Part shown: positions 34,324 through 46,928 of the stretch, in pieces
Layout: every line of letters starts with the position of its first letter
How positions within the stretch are numbered: the stretch's first letter is position 1
NCBI GenBank assembly: GCA_010093705.1
Contig: MU006109.1
Coordinates: 62,001-126,000 of the forward strand
Length of the DNA stretch: 64,000 nucleotides
Direction of reading: 5' to 3'
Source of the DNA: Patellaria atrata CBS 101060
Taxonomy: Eukaryota
Made by a program: the position numbers and the translations under genes
The notes under the pieces: generated by a model
Seen by the model: the letters and a program-made list of their open reading frames with translations, nothing else
What the model was told of the DNA's origin: nothing
Databases searched by the model: none

Positions 34324-37149
34324 ATGGACACTCCTCGAGAATCCGGTTATCAGGGCTCTGATCGACCATCCCCGACCAGGGAAGAAGATAATAATATCCC
34401 AGAAAGTCACTCTAGACCTAGTAATGGCCGTAAACCGCAAAAGAAACGCGTCGGGTTTACATCCGGAGACTCATCTGAACCACATAGCCGCCGCTCAACA
34501 AGTTATCCCGATATACAGATCACGGACGATGAAAGCCCACTGGATACCAGAGAGTTGACTGGAGAATTCAGTCGTGCCATGTCTGGATACTTCAATGGTT
34601 CTGATACTCCTCTGTCTGACCGCTTGCAAGATAGGACGCCATCATACCAAGAACTTTCCTCCGAGTTACACAAAATTCTTAGCCAACCTTTTGTAGCTAA
34701 GCCTAAACCGGCTATTCGAAAAACCGGATCATCTAACCATTCTCCGGCTGAGTTTGCTTATGATGGGGCTTCGTATGATTCCGCCACCGACGATGATGAT
34801 ACATACGCCGAGAAGTTACAGTCTACTCTCCGAGCGCAGGAACGAGCAAAAAAGTTAGCAGTAGATCTTGGGAGTAACTCTGAACCCTTATCTCGCAAGA
34901 ATTCGATCGAGTTGACAACCTTTCCGCCAGGGCATGGTAGCTCCGCGCACCTTATGGGTGATCGGGTCGGTCAGAGCCGCCAAGAACCCCGAAGACCGAA
35001 TGATGGGTGCTACGATTCTGAGGATGACCATTCAGGAACTGAAAAAGAATACCAAAAGCGTGTCCATGACGAAGCACGTAATCTCGTAAGGTCACATACT
35101 TGGGAACTTAATGAAGAGAATACATCCGCAGGCTTTCGTTCTGGTCAAGTAACTCCGGATGAAGAACAAAGATTTATCCATAATTATGTTCCTAAGCCAA
35201 AGAAGTATAAAGGGGGTATTCTATCGTCTCTGATGAAGTTATATGGAGCGGGTTCAGAGTCTCTACAAGTAGGCTTTGGAGGACATCTCCCAGGTAGCCG
35301 TAGTCGACGAAATAGTTTTGAGACACTAGAAACTCCCCGCGGTTCGCCACCAGAATCGGGGACTACCACACCGAGGACAAAACATTGGTATCAACGAAGC
35401 TCTGATCGTCCATCTTCAGTTTCATCCCTTGCACAGCTTGTGGGGTCATCATCAACCCTGGCCGGTACTGCTGGTAAAGAATTCAGTGAAGATGTTACCG
35501 ATAAACTCCGAAAGTACGGCCGACAGGCAATGACTAAGCGCCCGAAGTCTAGCTCAAAGCAGAAAAAAGCACGACTAGAGGATGAAATCAAAATTACCGT
35601 ACATATCGCTGAGATTATCTCACGTCAAAAGTACCTAGTGAGACTCTGCCGAGCACTGATGCAGTATGGAGCACCGACACATCGGCTAGAAGAGTACATG
35701 AAAATGTCTGCTAGAGTACTCGAGATTGAGAGCCAATTCCTTTATATCCCTGGCTGTATGATCATATCTTTTGACGATTCATCGACGCATACGACCGATA
35801 TTAGGCTTATCCGAACACCTCAAGGTATAGATCTCGGAAAGCTACGAGACACTCATGAGATTTATAAAGAAGTTGTTCACGACATAATAGGTGTCGAAGA
35901 AGCGACGCAACGACTCAAGAGCGTTATGGACAGACCACCTAAGCATAAGCCATGGAAATTGATCCCCATATACGGTCTTGCGTCCCTGGCTGTCGGTCCT
36001 TTTGCGTTTCAGGCTAGACCAATTGATCTTCCAATTTCTTTCTTCCTAGGGTGCCTTCTCGGTATTATGCAGCTTATTTTAGCTCCCAGGTCTGATTTAT
36101 ATTCCAACGTCTTTGAGATCTCCGCAGCAGTTATAACGTCTTTTTTAGCCCGCGCTTTTGGTTCTATTGAGTTACATGGTGAACCTCTGTTTTGCTTTTC
36201 CGCTTTAGCGCAATCAAGCATTGCCCTCATTCTCCCCGGATATACCGTACTCTGTGCAAGTTTGGAATTGCAATCTCGCTCCATCGTAGCTGGTTCCGTA
36301 CGCATGGTTTACGCTATTATCTATTCCCTGTTCCTAGGTTTTGGCATAACTATTGGTACCACTATATATGGTATTATGGACCACAAGGCGACATCAGCAA
36401 CGACTTGTACCGATTCGATGTCTTCTGGCTGGTACTTTCTGTTCGTTCCGGTATTTACCCTCTGCCTTATTATCATAAACCAAGGAAAGTGGAAACAGGT
36501 TCCTGTGATGATGTTTATCGCCTTTACTGGCTATATCGTCAACTTTTTCTCATCGAAGCGCTTTCCGGGGAACACACAAATCAGCAACACGCTTGGTGCG
36601 CTCGCTATAGGTACGATGGCGAACCTCTACTCCCGGCTAGGACGTCATGTAGACAACTGGTGGATGGATATATGGGAACACCATATTGAACCAAGCTTAA
36701 AGCGTGTTAAAAACGTCTTCCGCTCAAAAACACAAATTTCTCACGAACGTCGTGAATCCAAACGTTCAGCTTCGTCCGGTGCTTCTAGTCCAACTTTGAC
36801 GAATGAAACTTACTCCCCTAATATTCCTCGTTCTCGAAAGGTCGGCTACGGACTCGCTGCTGCGGCCATGCTTCCTGCCATATTTGTCCAGGTTCCGTCT
36901 GGTTTAGCAGTCAGTGGATCCTTAGTTAGCGGTATCACATCTGCGGATCAAATTACACGAAATGTAACTGGGACTACGGTAGTAACCAGTGGAAATGATA
37001 TGGTGGCGAATGCAAGAATAAACAGTGTAGCGTTCACTGTCGGATTCAGCGTCATTCAAGTTGCTATCGGCATCACTGTGGGGCTATTCTTGAGCGCTCT
37101 TCTTGTTTATCCATTTGGAAAGAAGCGAAGTGGACTCTTTAGCTTTTGA
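34324..37149 (+). CDS. PRM10: Pheromone-regulated membrane protein 10 (ThrE family exporter)
   Basis: First ATG at 34324 (the ORF-track start is TTG); LCRALMQYGAPTHRLEEY, QFLYIPGCMIISFDD, ILPGY...SLELQSRSIVAGSVR, PAIFVQVPSG, C-terminal YPFGKKRSGLFSF. Confidence 0.9.
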   Translation: MDTPRESGYQGSDRPSPTREEDNNIPESHSRPSNGRKPQKKRVGFTSGDSSEPHSRRSTSYPDIQITDDESPLDTRELTGEFSRAMSGYFNGSDTPLSDRLQDRTPSYQELSSELHKILSQPFVAKPKPAIRKTGSSNHSPAEFAYDGASYDSATDDDDTYAEKLQSTLRAQERAKKLAVDLGSNSEPLSRKNSIELTTFPPGHGSSAHLMGDRVGQSRQEPRRPNDGCYDSEDDHSGTEKEYQKRVHDEARNLVRSHTWELNEENTSAGFRSGQVTPDEEQRFIHNYVPKPKKYKGGILSSLMKLYGAGSESLQVGFGGHLPGSRSRRNSFETLETPRGSPPESGTTTPRTKHWYQRSSDRPSSVSSLAQLVGSSSTLAGTAGKEFSEDVTDKLRKYGRQAMTKRPKSSSKQKKARLEDEIKITVHIAEIISRQKYLVRLCRALMQYGAPTHRLEEYMKMSARVLEIESQFLYIPGCMIISFDDSSTHTTDIRLIRTPQGIDLGKLRDTHEIYKEVVHDIIGVEEATQRLKSVMDRPPKHKPWKLIPIYGLASLAVGPFAFQARPIDLPISFFLGCLLGIMQLILAPRSDLYSNVFEISAAVITSFLARAFGSIELHGEPLFCFSALAQSSIALILPGYTVLCASLELQSRSIVAGSVRMVYAIIYSLFLGFGITIGTTIYGIMDHKATSATTCTDSMSSGWYFLFVPVFTLCLIIINQGKWKQVPVMMFIAFTGYIVNFFSSKRFPGNTQISNTLGALAIGTMANLYSRLGRHVDNWWMDIWEHHIEPSLKRVKNVFRSKTQISHERRESKRSASSGASSPTLTNETYSPNIPRSRKVGYGLAAAAMLPAIFVQVPSGLAVSGSLVSGITSADQITRNVTGTTVVTSGNDMVANARINSVAFTVGFSVIQVAIGITVGLFLSALLVYPFGKKRSGLFSF

Positions 37150-37362
37150 TCTGAGGTTTCCGTCGTTTTGATGTTTATAGACAAAGTTTTTTCTGTAGGG
37201 AGTTGATATTTCCCTCCACTGTTAATAGCTATAAACGTGCTCCTCTATTTCAATGGGATGCATGGTTTAACACCCGAGGGGTGGTACCTTATGTCACGCG
37301 TTGCCGCAGGGTGTTGGAAACTGAGCAATTTCACCAATTAAAAGTTACAACTAAAAAATCTT

Positions 37363-39390
37363 TCAAGTGCTAATCTGACACTGAGCAGTAGCAATAACCG
37401 ACTCGGCCGACTCCGATATCACTGTCAGTTCGACAGTAGCAGCTTGCGTAGCATTAGTCGTAGCAGCGACAGCGACGATAGCAACAGCGAAACCACCGAA
37501 TTCAACTGCAACGAGATCATTAGGTAACTCGACACGCCAACCTTCCTCGCTCGTTTGCGCACTGAGTCGGTATACGTCTGACTTGAGGTATCTCGATAGA
37601 TCTTGCGGATGCTGCCCACCAGCAACATAAGACCCGGTATTCGTCAGTTGGAAAACGCACGCGGTGCTCCTTTCCCTCAATGTGGTATTATACCCAGGTG
37701 CTACCTTTCCTTGGGACAGTTCTACACCGTGCTTACTCGAGCCGCTCCCGTCTAGTGACCGGACCGCAACCGTGTAGGACAGCATACCCATCTCATCACG
37801 GTGCTTCTCAATGACGTAGAGATGCAATCTATTCGCCTCGTCCACATATTCAAACTCGCTTCCTGATCGTGTCCCGGCGTGGAAAAGCGCATCAGCCAAC
37901 TGTCGATAATCTCCTAACGTGATCATCGCCACCGTTCCGTCAGGTCGGTAAAAGTCAATAAGCTCGATATCCTGAGGGTTTGCGTCGATGGTCCATTGGA
38001 ACGGTGCCGGCGCCCTTCCGGCATCTTTTGACTTGCTGATCATGACACCTGAGTCTGGCGTGAAACTATCAGCGCCCATACGATCAACTACCTCCAACAT
38101 GTAGCTGTTGAAACCACCACCGTCGCAAAAGACATCGCTACTGATATTGCACCGTGGTGAACGGTCCGTGTCCATCAGGACCCGGATTCCTAGTAAGCCT
38201 TCTGGACCAGGATCTACGGCCCGCGCCGTCAGTCGCGCAACGACGACTCCCGAGTCCGCTAATGCCTCTCGTGAAACCCGCAACACACTTTCGTTTGACG
38301 CCAGTCCGAGCTGCAATTTATCCCGCACTGTATGTAATGACCCCAGGGACCCCCCTTGCACCGCCGGAATCTGCCACCGCGTATGCGGACCACCCGGGCC
38401 ATTAAAGGAGCCTCTCGACATCATGGACCATGGCCCCGTGTACGATCGTCTTAGGGGCACACCATACGGGTTATTGTAATTATCCCCGATATCAAGTAAA
38501 TGGCTAAGTTCATGGGCATAGACACCCATACCTGAGCTCTCCGCCTGGGTCGACGACCCACCTCCGGCATTCGGCCATATCGTCGCCGCGGCTGCCCACG
38601 AAGTCCAGTCCACATATCTTGTACGGGCGTAATTAGTGTCATTGTTTATGCCCGGTTGCTTCGGGGGTCCAAACGCATCTGGCACCGCTTCTTTCGTCTG
38701 GAACTTCATCTCGCCGAACTCCTGCCATGTTGAGGACTCGTCTTGGCCTGCGGACAGAATGAAAACGAGCTCGTACGCGTCGGCTGAGGCATTGCCGATG
38801 TCAGCCCGCCAGGCGTTTATGGCATCGGTCCGGATGTTCAGGTTGCATCGGAAGCCGGTGACACATTCGCCTGGGTTCATGTCTTGGCTGATGCCGTACT
38901 GGAAGGATTGTGCGGGCATCTTGTATGGCCCAAAGGCCGTGAGATCAACCCCGAAACGGCCTCCTGAGTCCCCCATCCAGTACTCATGTAGGGTGTGTCC
39001 CCTATTTATCGAGGATGGTGTGTTTAAAAGGTCACGGTAGAATTCCGAGACGTCCGCGCGGGTGAGGTTCGAAGCGATAGGTTGCGGGTTCCCGAAGATA
39101 GTAGAGTTTGGCGGTTTCGTGATGGTGAAAGTCACGTCCGGGTAGTCCAGGACGAGCAGTGCGATGTTGAAGTTGCGAAGCCTACCCCGTTTAGATGGGT
39201 TGGACCAGTCAGTAGAGGGGATAGGAACGTAATCGGCCCAAGTCATTGCCGCGGGATCGACCCAGTTTTGAGGATCCAGGACCGCGAAGGGGTCGGTAGG
39301 GGCGGAGACGGGGAAGGTAGAGGTGAGAATAGGGAGGAGAGATAGGGCTGTTAGGAAGACCCAGAGGTCTCTAATACGTAGACCTTTCAT
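37363..39390 (-). CDS. Secreted M6-family (immune inhibitor A-like) zinc metalloprotease
   Basis: Signal peptide; zinc motif AHELSHLLDIGDNY followed by GPWSMMSRGSFNG (Met-turn-like); intronless, 675 aa. Confidence 0.85.
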   Translation of the reverse strand: MKGLRIRDLWVFLTALSLLPILTSTFPVSAPTDPFAVLDPQNWVDPAAMTWADYVPIPSTDWSNPSKRGRLRNFNIALLVLDYPDVTFTITKPPNSTIFGNPQPIASNLTRADVSEFYRDLLNTPSSINRGHTLHEYWMGDSGGRFGVDLTAFGPYKMPAQSFQYGISQDMNPGECVTGFRCNLNIRTDAINAWRADIGNASADAYELVFILSAGQDESSTWQEFGEMKFQTKEAVPDAFGPPKQPGINNDTNYARTRYVDWTSWAAAATIWPNAGGGSSTQAESSGMGVYAHELSHLLDIGDNYNNPYGVPLRRSYTGPWSMMSRGSFNGPGGPHTRWQIPAVQGGSLGSLHTVRDKLQLGLASNESVLRVSREALADSGVVVARLTARAVDPGPEGLLGIRVLMDTDRSPRCNISSDVFCDGGGFNSYMLEVVDRMGADSFTPDSGVMISKSKDAGRAPAPFQWTIDANPQDIELIDFYRPDGTVAMITLGDYRQLADALFHAGTRSGSEFEYVDEANRLHLYVIEKHRDEMGMLSYTVAVRSLDGSGSSKHGVELSQGKVAPGYNTTLRERSTACVFQLTNTGSYVAGGQHPQDLSRYLKSDVYRLSAQTSEEGWRVELPNDLVAVEFGGFAVAIVAVAATTNATQAATVELTVISESAESVIATAQCQIST

Positions 39391-40924
39391 CCTGTTCCTT
39401 CAATCTCAATTGAAAGTTTCTAGCTGGGTACAGTATAGTATGGAATATCACTCCCCCCTCTATTATCCACGCTCACTTCCTGCGCCGGCCAATATCACAA
39501 GAAAGAACTTCGTCAACGAGCGAGCGTAGCTTAACAGCTCCATCACATATGCTGGTGGGAGAGTCCGTTTCTAAATACAAGTCTGCCCCCCCTCCTCCCC
39601 CAACCCCCCGTACCACAAACGGCGGGGCCGCACAATAGCAGGTACAAGAGGTATATATTGGCAAACTTTTCTCCGCATGCCAAGCTGCGCGTTCCCCTGT
39701 CCCGCATCATCGTTGATAGCTTAAGGTGCTACCACCTGCTAGAACGGGTTTGGAACGTCGTTTTGTGTGTAGATAACCGTTATTGAAGGCGTACCAGAGC
39801 ACCGATGCTTGTCGACGTATGACGAATTGATATGGTACAAGAGGTGAGGTATCTTTAAGCGAGGGAGATGAGTTAATGTAGGTTAGATACGGTTTGTGCG
39901 GGTCGTGATTATGTAAGCAGAGCTTTTCTTGACGACATGGGAGTTGATGGGTGTCATCAGGGTATGTCTTCGACAATGTTCATCATTTACTTTTGCTGGG
40001 GAATATCCTCATTTGCAATGGTTCTTGCAGCTTACCAACAGTACGAAGCACTACTTCTACGGAGGTAATTATAGGCAAACTCTTTTCCACTCTCACATTG
40101 AAGACTAAGGGGGCCTCCCCTTCCCCATAGTCGCTTCTCCTGCGCTTGGCGATAACGCTCTTTTAGTCCTGATGAGACCAAGAATAGCTTCTTTCAAACC
40201 GTTGTGTGCATATGGAATGTAGAATTATGATTGTTGTTTGAAGAAGTTACAGATCTAGGTCAAGGTACTTAAATAATAGTGCGATTGCAGCGAAAGAGAC
40301 CATATAAATCACACGGCCCAGCTAAATCATGGACTTTACTAGACCAGGGTATTTCTCACACGAACCCAGATTATGCACCGTGACCGACCGATCATGTAGC
40401 AAAGACTATAACCTGCGAGCGCTATCTCCCTGGGCGCATGGAGCTTGTCAGTGAGGTATAAAACGCAAAGCTTCCTTTATATCTATCTTTCTTCCATATC
40501 AATTTGAAAAATATTCCCCTTCTCCGCGATCAGGTCGATACAATTGTTGTCTGCTTCAGAACTGGAATCAATATTGAGGAAGAGTATACTCTGTGCAACC
40601 AGCAATTCTCACATCATTGGTAGTGAGGTATATCATGACTACAAGATGGAGACTGCGGTCATCATTCCTTCCTCCTTAAATAGACATGTTACTGGATTAT
40701 AATTGTGAGAATACCAACTATGTCGGATAGACTCCTGTACTGCTTCCGCTGCTTCATTCCTTGGGTTAGAAACGAGTCCGAGTCCCTCAAAACCCTGGAA
40801 TTGCGGTAATACTCCGACCACCAAGAAAAGAAATGCTGAGGTTGACGAGCAATACCGGGTGAGGTTTGTCAAGGCTCAACCTCAGATGGAAGCTGAAAGG
40901 TATATTGCTACATATACATGAAGC

Positions 40925-41109
40925 TTAAACTTAAGGAAAGAAAGTAAAAGAGAGTATTAGAACAGCGTGAGCTGTTCTATTAAAGTACAACATGACTAAG
41001 CTACTGGATCATGCATGGAGATTAAACTTAAGGAAAGAAAGTAAGAGAAAGTGCCAGAACAGCGTAAGTTGTTCTATTAAAGTATAGCATAGCTAAGCCG
41101 CTGGATCAT
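40925..41109. repeat. Direct tandem duplication, two 88-bp copies (40925-41012 and 41022-41109)
   Basis: Ungapped manual alignment gives 75/88 identity; all 13 differences are C/T or G/A. Confidence 0.92.
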
Positions 41110-43132
41110 CCAAGGCACTTATACCTATCGGGTCTAACCCGTGACAAGGTTGATCACGATCATTACTGAAGAACTGCATAGACATAAGGAACCATCCTCT
41201 GCTGCTAAAAGAAAAACGCCACAATTGAGAACCTCCTTTTTCAACGAAGACTTAGGCGACAATTTCACGTTGAGAATACTTACATAGAGAAGTCCGATCT
41301 CTCAACAATGAGCGGGGAATCGCTGGTGTTAGGTTTCCCTTCACCCGGACGTACATTTTGAGGAAGATCGAGAGAAGGAGGCTTCTAGTTGAGGGGATTT
41401 ATACCCCTTTTCCCCACAGTCTGTAGAGGTCGGCGGACAGTCACAGTTGACTGTCCTGTGTCATCCCCCTGGCGTGCCATAGTATAAGTGGGTCTCGTCA
41501 TAACTCCGTTTTCCACACCGCTTTTTCAGGATGCATTCAAGATATGGTATTTATTAAGTCCTTTCTCTTCACTTTTGGTACATCTTTTCAGTATTGTGTG
41601 AAGCTTAATTATTGACATGGGTATCATCTCGCGGATCTTGTGTTCGAATGGAAGATTAAAATTGCCGTAAGTCGCCATAATCTTCGAAAGAGCGCAAAAG
41701 AAAAGTAATAAATCCTGCGAGCTAACCAGTAGAGATATGTCACATCTTCGATACAACACAGTCTTCCATTAAACTCGGGGTTTCCCTGGTTGTATGACAG
41801 AGCTTCATATATCTTAGGTGAGATTCGGACATCGTCTTATGATGAAACCTAGGTATCCATGTGATGCACTTACCAAGTTCCATGAAGATGATGAAGAGCA
41901 TTGCCAGCTCTAGAGAGTCCCTTTGCCACAGATCTCAGAGTACAAGAAAATATGCGATAATCTCGAACATGACTAGCAAAAGCTGAAGAGGATCACCATA
42001 TTAAATCATTTACGAGCCCTTTTACAGACACAATACAACAGAGCAATGGCTTCAAAGCCCCTTGAGAGTGGCCGAACACAAAGCACACAGATGGTCAAGG
42101 TCTCGGCTATCTGAAGATGAGTAACAGAAGTTTTCTTTTGTCATCCCATCCCTAGACCTCTATGCGTCTATATCAACAAAGATTTATGTTGATGCTAGAT
42201 TTAAGAGCGACGGCAGAACTTATATTCCCTTATTCCTTGGCCCACGAATAGGAAGTGCTGAGCTGTATGCTCAGGAGAACCGGTCACTGGGCTGCTTCTC
42301 CTGCACATAGCGTCAGACCAACGGTACCATGATTCGATCCGCTGATCTTTCCCTGTGTCGTGCATTCAAGTAGATAAGGGGAGGCTGTCATTAAGGTCTT
42401 CTCTTATCCACTTACTACAATCATTCGAATCCACAGTCCCCTCTCGAAAATGGTATGATTGATTTAAAGTACGAGGAAGGTCGGGAATTAACGGGATCGT
42501 CTTGTTCCTCAACCACAGATACAAGATAATGGGTTCAATCCAGGGATCCTGCCCGAAGGAAGCTAAAATACATTATTATATTATTATAGAGCAGAATCCT
42601 ATGATTTGTGACCGGGAGCAAGGAGATGTAATGACACTGATGAATAACTTTCGCTTGTGATAATAATGCTCTTAGACTAGCGTGGATGGTATGTACCATC
42701 ATCGCGAAGTGTGAATTAACATGGAAAGAAAATTCGGATTGGTAGGACTGATCTGGGATTTGCTCGCTCGAAGGACGAACACCGGATTTTGAGAATAGGA
42801 GCAGATAAACATTTGAAAATTGTCCCCGACCAAAATCCACCCTTAGCAAACAGTATTGAATTTTGTGCATTGACGGATCCATAAGGATGTGGAACATTGT
42901 GGGTTTATATAATCTTGGATTAGCCGTTGATCGGGCAGGTCACGGTGGACAATTGCATGACTATCTAGACGTCAGTAGCATGATGTGATCTGGTGCTATT
43001 TTATGATGCATTCTGTCACTTGGGGCTATGTCTCCGTGACTGAAAGATCCATCCACCAGCTAAAGGTATTCGCACCCGAATTGTAATTGACTTGCTCATT
43101 TTCCATTGACCTTGAAACTCGACACTACCACA

Positions 43133-46100
43133 TCACCTCCTTCCCCTTCCTCCCCAACCCCTCCTCCACTCATACATCACGACCGCAGCTGCAGTTTGCA
43201 CATTCAAGCTCCTTGTGATACCCCACTGCCTAACTTCAACACAGATATTGCACTCTGCCAGTATCTTCCCCGGTATCCCCTCCTTTTCACTTCCCATGAT
43301 TAGAACACATCTCTTCGGAATTTTGCACTCTCCTATGTTATCCTTGTTCCCGTCTCCGAGTATGATTGACCTATCCGTCTGCTCCACACCAACGACGGTG
43401 TAACCCTCACGCTTCCTCTCTACAATCCAGTTTACTAGTACTTCTGGCGAGAGCTCTTGAATTGTAAGGTGCAGATGACTAGATACACTGACAGTGGTGA
43501 AGACTTGATTGGTTAGAATTGTCAGATTAGGGACCTGCAATGAGCTGGCCCCGAAAATTTCAGCTGCCCGGGATAGACCACCAAGATTTGGCGGTGAAGA
43601 GATGAGCGAAGCGACTAACAGGAGAGACGGTTGGTCACTTGAGGACGGATCAGACGGTTTAGATAGCGGATCGTGGTAGACTGCTCCTTTGGTCTGGAGG
43701 AATGTCGCATCTACTGGGTCAACCCTTGCGGTAGAGTCATCGTGGGCCGAGGGCATCCTTTTTGCAATAGTAGTGCTATCATCCAGAAATGGAAGCCCAA
43801 CAGGTGGACGACCTAGTTCCATGCGAGGAGGAGGTAACGAATCAAATCCTATACTCCTATCATTCGCATAGACGGCTTCAAAGTCGGCAGTCGTAGTGAG
43901 AGGAGCTTCTCGGGGATCGATCGTGAGATATGCACCCTGGAACAGATTGGCCAGTGTGTGACCACTCACTGGATTGAGCCTCTCTAGCATTCGAGGAGCT
44001 GGAATATTCATATGCTTCTCTAGTGCTTTCAGTTGTGTATACAACGCTTCAAATGCAGTATTTCCAACCACCTTGTTCCAACCCATTCGGATAGCGTGCT
44101 CCCATACCGGAGGAACGCTCCACTGAGCTTCGTGGCGAACCATAATCTTTGGACTCGCCGATAAAGCGACTAGACAGGTCATGAGTGCATCTGTATATTC
44201 TTCCGTGGAGTTGGGAAGAAGCGCGATCGTCGTCGCCATTTTCATCACTGATGCTAGAAATTTTGGATGTGCATGATCCGTTGTGGACAACTCTTTTAAT
44301 ATTCCCTTCCCTACATCCTTGGAATGGAGACTCAAGCGCGCGATAGCCCACTCCAATAAATACCTATGTCTAGGCAGTGACTCAATGAAAATAAAATTCT
44401 TGAACATGCTAAAGTACCGCAAGACATCCTGAGGATTATTCTTGACTATCGGTTCCAGAAGGAGTAGTAAAACTTGGAGCTGGGAAGTATGCTTAGACTT
44501 GGAAAATACAGGAGGAGGTATCTTCTGACTAATCCAAAAGGTCAATACTGAATCCATGATACTCTGTAACAAGTCAACATCAGTTGATCTGATCCGGTTG
44601 ATGAGATCCATAAGACATGCGAAACCGAATTGCTCTGGAAGACCGTAGTACGAATCATAAGAGATGTTTGGGACAAATTCTTGAACCTTCTGTGCAATGG
44701 TAGCCTCGAGCAAGAACTCTGGTTTTGGAGATGGAGGATTGTTGGTGAAGTGCCCAATTATCCTTTCGAAAGGTATGTATTCGACAGATGATGGAGAGGT
44801 ACAGTATGCGATACGTAGGGCTTGTATGAGGGGTGAGAATGCATATATTCTGCCTTGACAGAGTTGGCTGATATATAGAGCGGAAGATGAAAGAAGGGAT
44901 GCCAACTCTGAACTCTGCCCGCATAGCACAATGCATTTTGGATGGAATAACACCTCCGGTATAGCTACTAAAGCAGCTTTCATATAGTCCTGGATTTCCA
45001 ACTCGTTCCAGAGAGCATCAAGAGCTTTGAAAAGCTGTTCAGGAGCCAAGTCTTCTTCGGTATCAAGTATTTCTCTAATATGTTTGATTCCTGAAACTAA
45101 TCCAGAGCCACTTAAACATTTGTATTTCGTAATATCTAGCTTTTCAAGGAAATGCTTGAGGGTTTTCTCTCTACTCTCATCCTGATCTTGTCGAGTGCCG
45201 GAAGATCTGAGGTTTTCATACCGGGATGAAAGCAATTGAAGGCCCCGGGGCAGTTTGGAATCTTGTACCGTCTTCAGATCAATATTTTTACAGAGTATTG
45301 CAGCATAACTAGTAAAAATATCCTGTTGCAGGTCCGAGATATGAGTGGTTGCTGGAATTTTAACGAGCATCTCTGCTTCAGCAGCGCTAAGACAAGGTAG
45401 TCTCTTGGATAGTGCTGATGCTAAACCATGTAATATGAAGGCCATAGCAGGGGGAAACATATAACCACGTTTACTGTCTATATACGCTATGATACTTGAG
45501 ACATATGACTGCGTAGTCCTGTCATCTTGTAGATCCGATACTAGAGAGTTGAAATATCGTGTTAATCTCTCGCCGTGCTTGCAGATCAATGATCCATTAT
45601 GTTTGCGAGTGCTATAGATAAAAAGGTGCCCCTGAGTGGCCCATGGGAGTAAGTGCGTTAGTAGAAAATCCAAGTAACTTGCGTGTGATCCAAGAGGAGG
45701 TTCAGCTAAATCCATATACCATGAAATGACCATTTTTCGAACATTATCTTGCATTCCCGGTCGAAATAATGAGGCAAAAAGGGTTATGATCCACGTCTCG
45801 TGTAGCTTCGACTGTGACCGCATCAAAGCCTGTAAACCTGGGAGACTTTCCTCGACTTGATTGATGTATCGACCTACAGCAATGATCTCGACAAGAGTGC
45901 CGTACTGTTCATATTGTTGGATGTACTCATCTTTCTCTTCATTGATAAATTTCAAATGTGAAGTGCTTATATCATACTTCAATAACTTTATAGAAAGCTT
46001 AAGGATCTGAACGCAGAACTTCCGTTGTTCGTATGATCCATATCGCACTCCATCTTGAATGAGTGTCCAGTATTGATCGTTTGCAAAGTATTCTCTGGTG

Positions 46101-46928
46101 GGGAGATACTCTGCGGGCAAGGCCAGCCACATCATCCAAAGGTTATAGCCCATCAAAGAATCCTTCGACTGTGACAATTGGCTTACCGTAGTCCATACTA
46201 TGGAGTTTAGTGAGCGAGGCTCGAACGATATCAGGACATTGTTTCGATGGGCAGGACTCGAAACGCATGAGCGAATACATGCGAAAGATGCGGCGATGGC
46301 CTCTCGAGCCTCTTGCTGTTCCATACCAGAAGAGAGCGGTAAGAAGAGGATAAGAGCGAATAGTATGCTGTTATACACCTTACTCCCCAAGTCCGGCCGA
46401 GACCAGAAGAAATGCTTCAACCATCTCACATATGCCAAACAACGAGAAAGAGGAACCCCGAGACCAAGTTTCGGTAGCTCATTCGAGTTTTGAGATGAGG
46501 AAATTATAGCGACATCCTCTTCAAACCGTTTACTCACAATAGAGAACACATTTAACCCGAACTCCCCATAGGTCCTACATATATCAAGTGATGCTCGAAC
46601 GTCTTCAAGCTTTGTGATAGAACTATCTAAGCAAGATACGAGTTTTCCAGAAAGAAAGACTATAGCATCAGCCTATATAAGGAATTAGAATAGGTATAGG
46701 GTAGCATAAGTTATGTGTCGTACCTTGCTGGCCATTGCTCGACATGATTATACTTACATCTGGATATCTTTGGAGCAGCTCAAGTGCAAATCGAGTAGTG
46801 CTCAGAATCTCGGGGATATTCTGTAACTTTTCGATACTAGTCGCTATATCTCTAATTGCATCCGATCTGCTTGAGGCAGGAATGTGCGTGAGGAATGCCT
46901 CGACGAGCACCTGTGTTGATGACTCCAT
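43133..46928 (-). CDS. TRM3: tRNA (guanosine-18 2'-O)-methyltransferase, SpoU family
   Basis: Exon 1 MESSTQVLVEAF..., one intron at about 46661-46723, long helical N-terminal region, C-terminal SPOUT motifs NLGGLSRAAEIFG, IMGSEKEGIP, GITRSLNVQTAAAVVMYEW. Confidence 0.9.

Noticed and set aside
39400..43100. Transposon or pseudogene in the long gap between the protease and TRM3
   Set aside because: No transposase, reverse transcriptase or integrase motifs, LTRs or TIRs recognised; only the short duplication and hairpins are supportable.
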